Positions 31,755 to 37,987 of a stretch of 37,987 nucleotides of DNA are shown one piece after another. Source of the DNA: a virus; the IMG/VR virus record IMGVR_UViG_3300032435_000033, positions 1 through 37,987 of that record; one strand, 5' to 3'. The translations under genes were made by a program, and so were the position numbers. Every line of letters starts with the position of its first letter. Position 1 is the first letter of the stretch. The notes beneath the pieces are model-generated. The model saw nothing but the letters and a program-made list of their open reading frames with translations, ran no database searches and had not been told where the DNA came from.

Positions 31755-32321
31755 GCGCGTCTCCTTGCGTGTCGGCTTTTGCCGTTATTTTTAGTAAAAC
31801 TTTCAGGGTTTACCCTGGTGTTAACCCGCTGCTTCTATCTGTACTTTCTGATCTACTGCTAACGCTATATGCTGCGATTTCATCAATTCAATGTGTGGCC
31901 GGCGGTTATCCCGGCGCTAGTGAGTTCAGGGCTCGTCACGGTCTTTCGACTTTCGTGTCCCCATGGCACCAACCAGCACAGGGCTTGATTAATGTCTGAG
32001 CCCCGCAGACAACTTCACGAATTACCACTTCGCATTTACACATCTAAGAGAGCCCTGCCACCTACAACTTATCCGGTGTGTTAATGAGTCTGACCGCAAA
32101 AACTGCAGGACCCTCTTAGATACGCCCTGCCTTCGCAGGTCAGCTGGATTCTGTTCCGAGGCTCCAGCAGCCCGACTTGCTCCGATTCACATGGCTCACC
32201 CTCCTTGCTGTTACCACTCTGTTGCGGTGAGAGCGGTTTCACCGTACCTCAAGACTTTTCGTGTAATTTTTCCAATGTTTACGGTGCGAACGAACAGCCA
32301 AAATTTAACCAACTGAAGCAG
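31755..32321 (-). other. ORF-free, hairpin-rich region downstream of cro (candidate structured ncRNA or cis-acting region)
   Basis: No ORF over 36 codons is seen on the transcribed strand across ~570 nt, in an otherwise tightly packed genome. There are multiple GC-rich local hairpins and one long-range pairing (see findings). Confidence 0.35.
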
Positions 32322-32573
32322 TCACGATCCACCAGATAAAAAATTGTAATCGCACGGCGGGTAAAGGTCTGGTCTTAGCTGATGCCTAAAAACCAAATCT
32401 ACGCAGACTTGCTCAATTGGTATGCAGTATTCAGCCGGCACACCCCGTGTAACCCATTGGCGAACAGCCATAGGAGTGAGCGGTTTTGACAAAGACATGT
32501 GATCCGACAACTTTGCAGCTAATGCTGCTGGTCCGCCGGTGATGCTTATAGCTCTGGAAATTTCTTTATTCAT
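32322..32573 (-). CDS. cro: Cro/YdaS-like HTH regulator
   Basis: A small protein divergent from the cI-like repressor. ISITGGPAALAAKLSDHMSLSKPLTPMAVRQWVTRGVP is HTH-like. The start is ATG 32573 (or GTG 32579). Confidence 0.6.
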   Translation of the reverse strand: MNKEISRAISITGGPAALAAKLSDHMSLSKPLTPMAVRQWVTRGVPAEYCIPIEQVCVDLVFRHQLRPDLYPPCDYNFLSGGS

Positions 32574-32584
32574 GGGCACAGATC

Positions 32585-32601
32585 ATAAACATGATGTTTA
32601 T
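32585..32601. promoter_or_regulatory. Operator candidate: perfect 17-bp palindrome ATAAACAT-G-ATGTTTAT
   Basis: Read directly in the cI/cro intergenic region. Confidence 0.6.
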
Positions 32602-32643
32602 CTAAAGCAAACTTTTTGAATATAGCCAACTTGGAAAAGGCGT

Positions 32644-32660
32644 GCAAACATATTGTTTAT
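32644..32660. promoter_or_regulatory. Second, imperfect operator candidate GCAAACAT-A-TTGTTTAT overlapping the cI start codon
   Basis: It has the same 8-1-8 architecture and 3 mismatches to the 32585 palindrome. Confidence 0.4.
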
Positions 32661-33300
32661 GGATACAGATCAGTTATTTACAGAAATCGAGCGACACCTA
32701 GCCTCTATGGATAGGAGCAAAGCATGGCTGGCCGAACAATTAGGAACCACAACTCAAGTAATCAATAATTGGCGCAATCGGCGAATACCAAAAGATCGAA
32801 TTGAAGAAATTGCGGGCGTTTTTGGCTGGAGCTATTCGGATTTACTCAAAGGGCTGATCTGCCAAGAAGAGGATAATGTTCAAATTCCTTTGTATAACGT
32901 CGAAGGAGGCATGGCCGGCGGGAAAGTCGCCCCAGACCATGAAATCGTGATTTCAAGTCTACAACTATCACGTCGCTGGCTTGCCGCCAGTCTCATTTAC
33001 ACCAAGCTCTCTAATTTGAAACTTATGACCGGCAGAGGAAACTCCATGCACCCGACGTTTTCGGATGGAGCCGCATTGTTGGTTGACGTAGGAATAAACA
33101 CAATTGACGGGGATGGGGTGTATGTCCTACTACGTGACGGAGAAATATTCATTAAACGACTAGAGAAAATGGTGAATAACCGCATCCAGGTAAGCAGCGA
33201 CAACCCCGATTACAAAGCCTACACCATCTTAAAAAGTGAACTCTTTGAGATCAGTATTGTTGGCAAAGTAATATGGGCATTCACAGGAAAACCACTATAA
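32659..33300 (+). CDS. cI: CI-like repressor (XRE HTH + S24/LexA-type autopeptidase domain)
   Basis: HTH: KAWLAEQLGTTTQVINNWRNRR. S24 motifs: GRGNSMHPTF and ...IFIKRL. It is divergent from the cro-like gene. The start is ATG 32659 (the ORF track uses TTG 32653). Confidence 0.85.
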   Translation: MDTDQLFTEIERHLASMDRSKAWLAEQLGTTTQVINNWRNRRIPKDRIEEIAGVFGWSYSDLLKGLICQEEDNVQIPLYNVEGGMAGGKVAPDHEIVISSLQLSRRWLAASLIYTKLSNLKLMTGRGNSMHPTFSDGAALLVDVGINTIDGDGVYVLLRDGEIFIKRLEKMVNNRIQVSSDNPDYKAYTILKSELFEISIVGKVIWAFTGKPL

Positions 33301-33319
33301 CTTACGAAAGGAATCAACC

Positions 33320-34129
33320 GTGATTGAGATAATTATTTTAGTCTTGATAGTATCGTTGCCAGTTTACTATTTCGTTAGTCGGTCGAAGAGCTCCGATCCA
33401 GTGCGATCCCACTTTCGCGGCCTGACACCTAGCACAAAGGTTGCGCTTGCCAGACACAAAGAGTTGCTATTAAAACGATGGGAGCCAAACGAACCAAAAC
33501 CCTTCACCAGCGAACCATGGCGTCATGAAGCTGTTACTCAGAATCAATTACAGCGATTAAAAGAAGACGGCTTCAAAGTAAGCAGCAAGCGCAGCATAAC
33601 CAAAGGAATGGCGTCAGACGTGATTGGAACGATACAAAGCGTAGATGAACATGATCAGATGATACTTGCATTCTTTGAAGTCGAATGCGAAAACAAGAGT
33701 GAAACCGAAGGCCTCGACCTTGTCGCACGATTGATGGCTGATACAATCAACCAAGAAAGATGGAGAAGCGGACCAACCACAGAAGTGGAAATTTATTTTT
33801 GTGAATTAATAGATCCCCAGGCAGCAAAGAATATTTCTTCGCGTGACGCGAAAAACTTCATTGAAGTGAACTCTGAAAGACTTCCAGAGCCATTACGCAA
33901 AGCGATCCCCGCAATAGAGAGTTGGTGGGCTGTGATCCAAAATGAGGAAGATCGCAGGCAGCTAGGAATAAGAAAACCCACAGCCCGTGAATTCATCGAT
34001 GCCGCAGTTGAAGCTCTCATCGCGCCAGAGGCCAAACAAAGAAATGTCTATATAGAAGAAATCGTACTTAAATTGATTGATAAGAAACTCAGAGCTAGAA
34101 GACAGACGGCCTTCGCATCAATCGAATAA
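33320..34129 (+). CDS. Membrane-anchored hypothetical protein co-oriented with and 20 nt downstream of cI (exclusion/defence candidate)
   Basis: GTG start after AAAGGA. It has an N-terminal TM helix (IEIIILVLIVSLPVYYFV) and no recognisable domain. Confidence 0.6.
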   Translation: MIEIIILVLIVSLPVYYFVSRSKSSDPVRSHFRGLTPSTKVALARHKELLLKRWEPNEPKPFTSEPWRHEAVTQNQLQRLKEDGFKVSSKRSITKGMASDVIGTIQSVDEHDQMILAFFEVECENKSETEGLDLVARLMADTINQERWRSGPTTEVEIYFCELIDPQAAKNISSRDAKNFIEVNSERLPEPLRKAIPAIESWWAVIQNEEDRRQLGIRKPTAREFIDAAVEALIAPEAKQRNVYIEEIVLKLIDKKLRARRQTAFASIE

Positions 34130-34134
34130 ACAAA

Positions 34135-34167
34135 ATGTTTGACTTATGCAAACATAGCGTATATTTT
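34135..34167 (+). promoter_or_regulatory. Candidate sigma70 promoter (early-left, pL-like) with AAACAT half-sites
   Basis: TTGACT (34139-44), then TATATT (34160-65, 15-nt spacer) or TATTTT (34162-67, 17-nt spacer). It is embedded in the inverted repeat ATGTTTG-N7-CAAACAT (34135-34155). Confidence 0.4.
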
Positions 34168-34198
34168 CACTCGCACTTACTTAATTGCGGGTGGAACC

Positions 34199-34648
34199 AT
34201 GAACAAACCCCAACCGATCCAGCTTCAAAACCTGCTCATTACGGGTTTTCCCCCAAGGGAAGGCCTGGTTGTTGGTTATACCGCACTGGGATTATGCTCT
34301 AAGCGCATAGCCAGAGAGATAAACTGCACGCCTCGCAACGTCGAAAACCTGCGCGAATCCGCCAAGGGCCGACTACACGCACACAACACCCCTCACCTGA
34401 TCAGCAAAGCCTTCCAGTCCGGGTTTCTGCGTTTTCTTTCACTCATGCTGATCACCTGGCTGGGCACAGGCCTGCAGCCCGTGCTGGCTGAACACTTTGC
34501 GATCGACAGCGACGAGCATCTGCGCAGGCAAGGCAGGTCAAGCCGAAATCGCGGACGCAGTCGCACACAAGGCCGGCGCAATGAGTTTGTTCTGTTGTGG
34601 GATCCGGATCTGGGCCGTTTTATCGCCGATGAGGAGACCATCCTGTGA
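34199..34648 (+). CDS. LuxR/GerE-type HTH protein with a hydrophobic segment and Arg-rich tail
   Basis: FPPREGLVVGYTALGLCSKRIAREINCTPRNVENLRESAKGRL is a LuxR-type HTH pattern. It is followed by FLSLMLITWLGTGLQPVLA and RRQGRSSRNRGRSRTQGRRN. ATG 34199. Confidence 0.55.
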   Translation: MNKPQPIQLQNLLITGFPPREGLVVGYTALGLCSKRIAREINCTPRNVENLRESAKGRLHAHNTPHLISKAFQSGFLRFLSLMLITWLGTGLQPVLAEHFAIDSDEHLRRQGRSSRNRGRSRTQGRRNEFVLLWDPDLGRFIADEETIL

Positions 34649-34838
34649 TCTGTGTACAGATTCGCCCCAACCTGTTTACCGCCACCGTGCATAACATCAT
34701 CTTTTACGGCCCAACGAGATCTCAGGCGCTGTGCAGCGCCTACCGTTGGGTGTTCCATTCGGAGGTCAAAGCGAATGAGAGCTAACCTTGCTCCCGAATA
34801 CCTCAGATCCCTGCCTGCATGGGATGGCGTCAGTCGCT

Positions 34839-35087
34839 TTAATGCGATGGTTGCGATTGGTGCAAAAATTCAGCCTCAGCAGCCGCAAGCGACTCGCACG
34901 CAATCCGGATTGCCAGCGAGTCAGGATCCGGGCCCACCAGCTGCGCTGCCTGAATCTGATGACGGAGGTTCTCAGTGACCGTCTGCGCATCCATGCTGCG
35001 AACCATCCCCGCGACAACGATCGCCAGCGCCTCTGAAAATGAAACGATCATTTCAGCGTGTATCTGTTCAAGAAATTCCCTATCCAT
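34839..35087 (-). CDS. Hypothetical protein (82 aa), lone minus-strand gene in the + strand block
   Basis: MDREFLEQIHAEMIVSFSEALAIVVAGMV... has protein-like composition, unlike the overlapping P/R/S-rich + strand ORFs. The RBS is weak. Confidence 0.35.
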   Translation of the reverse strand: MDREFLEQIHAEMIVSFSEALAIVVAGMVRSMDAQTVTENLRHQIQAAQLVGPDPDSLAIRIACESLAAAEAEFLHQSQPSH

Positions 35088-35143
35088 AAGTTCACCGTTC
35101 CAATTTTTATACACCCTAAAAGGTTAGCACAGGAGCAAATCCC

Positions 35144-35437
35144 ATGCGTAACGCAGTGATGATAAAAGATGCAGCAGAGATCCTGAACATAGGCTCGCAC
35201 ACCCTTTTCCGCACACTGAAAGACAAGGGCATTATCGGCGCGCTGAACAAGTTGCCCCGTCGGGACCTGGTGATGCAGGGACTGTTTGAAGTGGATATCA
35301 GAGAGTTTCAGAAAGGCAGATCCGGTGTGAAAAAACAGTATTCAGTAACGCTCGTTACACCTGCAGGGCTGTCATATCTGCGCGAAGTGATTGAGCAAGT
35401 AAAAACCGACGAGGCAAGCAATGAGTCTACTAAGTAA
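35144..35437 (+). CDS. KilAC/ANT-like DNA-binding domain protein
   Basis: IKDAAEILNIGSHTLFRTLKDKGIIG...LPRRDLVMQGLFEV resembles the C-terminal domain of phage antirepressors. AGGAG lies upstream. Confidence 0.5.
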   Translation: MRNAVMIKDAAEILNIGSHTLFRTLKDKGIIGALNKLPRRDLVMQGLFEVDIREFQKGRSGVKKQYSVTLVTPAGLSYLREVIEQVKTDEASNESTK

Positions 35438-35606
35438 AACCCGAGCGATGGGGATATTGAACTTCAAATTAGGCTCGGAGCCCGCTACGCGATCAGGTGA
35501 TTATCTGATAATTAATGCAGAGGGTTCATACATAAATGTCGCGCGATATTCACTGATGACGGTGTTTTCAGAGGCTTTTCCAATAGCCACGCGCACTCCA
35601 CTCTGA
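35421..35606 (+). CDS. Hypothetical protein (61 aa)
   Basis: ATG ORF overlapping the upstream gene by 17 nt. There is no other support. Confidence 0.3.
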   Translation: MSLLSKTRAMGILNFKLGSEPATRSGDYLIINAEGSYINVARYSLMTVFSEAFPIATRTPL

Positions 35607-35681
35607 TGCCTGCCAGCGCAGTCTTGGCGTACTCGATACTGCCCGCTCCGTCCGCGATTTTAAGAGCAATGTGAGGTCTTT

Positions 35682-35837
35682 ATGAGCCCGACAAAAAAGA
35701 AATTACGACTGGCTATGATTCTCTGCCTCCCTTTGATCGGGTTCCTGAGCGCAGCTCCTGCCGTATTAGTAGCGTGCCTGTTTGCCAGCGCCCTGCTTTG
35801 TTGTCCCATTTATAAAAAAACGTTTGATCAGCCATAA
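35682..35837 (+). CDS. Small hydrophobic membrane peptide (51 aa, below the ORF-track cutoff)
   Basis: ATG 35682 lies 5 nt after GAGG. MSPTKKKLRLAMILCLPLIGFLSAAPAVLVACLFASALLCCPIYKKTFDQP has a basic N-terminus plus a ~30-aa hydrophobic stretch. Confidence 0.4.
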   Translation: MSPTKKKLRLAMILCLPLIGFLSAAPAVLVACLFASALLCCPIYKKTFDQP

Positions 35838-35857
35838 CAATTACTGAGGATAGACCC

Positions 35858-37777
35858 ATGGGTACGTTGACCACCATACCGCACAACAAGCTCAGGCTCT
35901 GCCCTGAAAACATTCGTCGATCAAGTGTCGGCGTCGCTGCTGAGCGAGAGCTCAAAGCGAGCATTGCCAGCCACGGCATCCTGATGAATCTGATCGTTAC
36001 AAAGGAGCCACGTGGTCTTTATAAAGTGCGCGCCGGAGCACGTCGATTCAGTGCCAGTTCTCAGCTGATTGCCGAGAACGCGCTGCCTAAAGATTATCTA
36101 GTGCCGTGCTACATCCTGGATAAAACGGAGAATCCAGAAGAGGCCGCGCTGATCGAAAATACGCTGCGCGAGGCGATGCACCCAGTCGATGAATTTGAAT
36201 CGTATCACCGCCTGCATTTCATTGAGCAGTTACCGATCGAGTCGATCGCTGGGCGCTTCGGAAAATCAACCATTGATGTCAAAAAACGTCTTTCTTTAGG
36301 CGGCGTTGCGCCCGAGCTGCGCGAGCTTTGCCGTGCCGGCGAGCTTAGTATCGACAGTCTGTCAGCATTCACCCTGAGTGATGATCACACTGAGCAGCTC
36401 GAGTGCTATCACGCCCTAAACAACGGCCATAATTTATACGCTCAGGCGATCCGCGAAAATCTTACTCAACGAGGCTACAAATCCAACCATAAGTTAGTGC
36501 AGTTTGTTGGTATTGACGCCTACACGGCTGCTGGCGGAACTATAACCAGCGACCTGTTCAACGATATCAGCTACCTGCACAGCGCGGATCTGATCGAGCA
36601 GCTGGTGACGGAGAAATTTGAAGCGGAATCGGAAAAGCTGGTCGACGCTGGATGGAAATGGGCTGATGTGAATCTGAATTTTTACAATGCGCCGATTAAG
36701 TTTCCACTTCGACTTTCTCCGGAGTTCACAGCTGAGCCAGTCGCGCTGCAGGAGGCGCTGATTGTACTTGAAAAACGCCATACCGCTGCTTACGTCAGGA
36801 TGGAAGATCTCGATGAGAAAGCAGCGGACTATGAAGAAGCTGAAAAGGTACTGCTCAATGAGCTGGACGCGCTGGAGGATGAAATTTCCAACAAAGAGGA
36901 AGAGATTGAGACCGCGATTGAGCAAGGATCCAGTTTTTCTAAAAAGCAGATGGCTTATGCCGGCTGCGTGCTGACACTTAATTATAAAGGCGAGCTGTTC
37001 ATCGAGCGCGGCTTCGTTAAAAAAGACGAGATTGCCGAAATCGACGTGAAAGCGCCGAGCAATGCCGGTGATGATGATAATGATTCGGATAGCAGCGAAG
37101 ACGACCCCGGTGTGCCTCAGCCGTTGAAAATAGAATACAGTCAGGCACTCACCAGCGATCTGATTGCTGCGCATCTGGCAGCAGTTCAGATTGATCTTGC
37201 GTACAGCTCCGATATTGCTTATGAGCTGATGATGTTCTCGATAGCGTGGGCCAGTCTCACCAACGCTGGATTCCTCGCACCTCTGGCCATCAGCATTACA
37301 GAAACCGCAAAAGGATCACTGGATTTTAGAGCCAACCAAGCCTTTGAAGAGCTCAATGGTCTGCGCAAAAAGCTCAACCTTGACTGGCTGCACACCGATG
37401 ATGAGGTGAACAGCTTTATCGAGTTCCGCGCACTGGATGAAAAATCAAAACAGAAAATAGTAGGGTGGTGCGCTGCGCGCTCATTGAACCCGCGACGATC
37501 TGTGTATCAATCCGTTGAGATTCTTGATCACGTGATGGAGCTTTGCCAGACGCGAGTTGCAAAATACTGGAGACCCACGCAGGAGAACTTCTACAACCGC
37601 ATTAATGTGCCCACCGCTCTGGCTGTCGGTGCCGAGCTTTACGACAACGAAGACTTTGCTTATGACCACCGCGGGAAAGCAAAACGCGATCTGGTAATCC
37701 TGCTCGATGAAAAAACCGAAGCAGCTCCCATCGATGAGTGCTGGATTCCTCAGCTTATGCGATCACGGGTTATCTGA
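35858..37777 (+). CDS. Large ParB/Srx-domain protein (639 aa)
   Basis: The N-terminal ParB-like domain has IPHNKLRLCPENIRR, KVRAGARRF (GxRR box) and LIENTLREAMHPVDE. An acidic linker is present (DDDNDSDSSEDD). Confidence 0.8.
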   Translation: MGTLTTIPHNKLRLCPENIRRSSVGVAAERELKASIASHGILMNLIVTKEPRGLYKVRAGARRFSASSQLIAENALPKDYLVPCYILDKTENPEEAALIENTLREAMHPVDEFESYHRLHFIEQLPIESIAGRFGKSTIDVKKRLSLGGVAPELRELCRAGELSIDSLSAFTLSDDHTEQLECYHALNNGHNLYAQAIRENLTQRGYKSNHKLVQFVGIDAYTAAGGTITSDLFNDISYLHSADLIEQLVTEKFEAESEKLVDAGWKWADVNLNFYNAPIKFPLRLSPEFTAEPVALQEALIVLEKRHTAAYVRMEDLDEKAADYEEAEKVLLNELDALEDEISNKEEEIETAIEQGSSFSKKQMAYAGCVLTLNYKGELFIERGFVKKDEIAEIDVKAPSNAGDDDNDSDSSEDDPGVPQPLKIEYSQALTSDLIAAHLAAVQIDLAYSSDIAYELMMFSIAWASLTNAGFLAPLAISITETAKGSLDFRANQAFEELNGLRKKLNLDWLHTDDEVNSFIEFRALDEKSKQKIVGWCAARSLNPRRSVYQSVEILDHVMELCQTRVAKYWRPTQENFYNRINVPTALAVGAELYDNEDFAYDHRGKAKRDLVILLDEKTEAAPIDECWIPQLMRSRVI

Positions 37778-37987
37778 TGCGCAAACTCATACTGAAAATA
37801 ATAAATCGCTACCTGCCCGCTGCGCTTAGCTGGGCCAGTACCACCAGTCCCGATCTGGTAATTGGCAACAAGTATCTGGTCCGCTGGTGGGTAGCAAAAA
37901 ACATGACGGACCACGACACGCCAAATCTTGAGCGCATTCAGCCGCATACAAGGCAGACCAGCTGGTACAACATTTATCTGCATTGCG
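37777..37987 (+). CDS. N-terminal part of a junction-spanning cupin-like hypothetical protein (full gene 37777 -> 441 after circular closure, 174 aa)
   Basis: ATG 37777 overlaps the TGA of the upstream ParB-like gene (cTGATGc). The frame is continuous with ORF 43..441 once 37861 is equated with 1. Confidence 0.6.
   Translation, partial: MRKLILKIINRYLPAALSWASTTSPDLVIGNKYLVRWWVAKNMTDHDTPNLERIQPHTRQTSWYNIYLHC
37861..37987. repeat. Terminal overlap, copy 2 (identical to 1..127)
   Basis: Same 127 nt as the window start. It lies inside a CDS, so it is a circular-closure/assembly overlap rather than a biological repeat. Confidence 0.95.

Larger units (their letters stand above)
1..37860. mobile_element. 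Complete, circularly closed temperate siphophage genome (lambda-like head/tail synteny) carrying a DGR
   Basis: The window ends are an exact 127-nt duplicate, so the unique length is 37,860 bp. Integrase+attP, cI/cro, replication, Q-like, lysis, terminase, portal, capsid, tail and tail-fibre genes are all present. Confidence 0.8.

Noticed and set aside
31769-31999. 76-aa plus-strand ORF inside the ORF-free region
   Set aside because: It has a non-ATG start and no RBS, and it lies opposite to the local transcription direction. The region is better explained as non-coding.
34652-35036. Plus-strand ORFs 34652..34978 and 34788..35036
   Set aside because: Their Pro/Arg/Ser-rich, low-complexity translations look non-coding. 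The overlapping minus-strand ORF (34839..35087) looks more protein-like, though it too has low confidence.
36494-37174. 226-aa minus-strand ORF
   Set aside because: It lies entirely antisense to the ParB-like gene, has odd composition (F/L/I/R-rich) and has no start context.

Overview
The window is one circularly closed replicon. Nt 1-127 are identical to nt 37861-37987, giving a 37,860-bp unit, and a CDS (37777 -> 441) reads straight through the junction. The content is a temperate, lambda-like siphophage. The + strand carries an early-left/accessory operon ending in xis-int-attP, with an attP core (4242-4291) that is the 3' part of a tRNA-Arg(ACG)-like gene. A cI/cro switch sits at 32322-33300. 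The cro-side early operon encodes a TraR-like protein, a P4-alpha-like primase-helicase and a Q-like antiterminator. It is followed by an iteron/AT-rich block, tandem terminators and an atypical lysis cassette. The late operon's head and tail-shaft genes are syntenic with lambda Nu1-A-W-B-C-D-E-FI-FII-Z-U-V-G/T-H. The stand-out system is a complete diversity-generating retroelement (DGR) at the distal end of the tail module (minus strand 8161 -> 4866). It comprises a tail-fibre target gene with a C-terminal VR, avd, TR, a spacer and a DGR-type reverse transcriptase, and TR and VR differ almost only at TR adenines. Other points worth follow-up are: a Lar-like/NADAR candidate anti-defence pair; a class-3 lipase and a YkuD-like protein where no recognisable endolysin/holin/spanin set is seen; a 9-mer iteron array; a ~570-nt ORF-free hairpin-rich region downstream of cro; and lysogeny-linked membrane and regulator genes next to cI. 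All functional calls come from motif recognition by eye and synteny, not from database searches.
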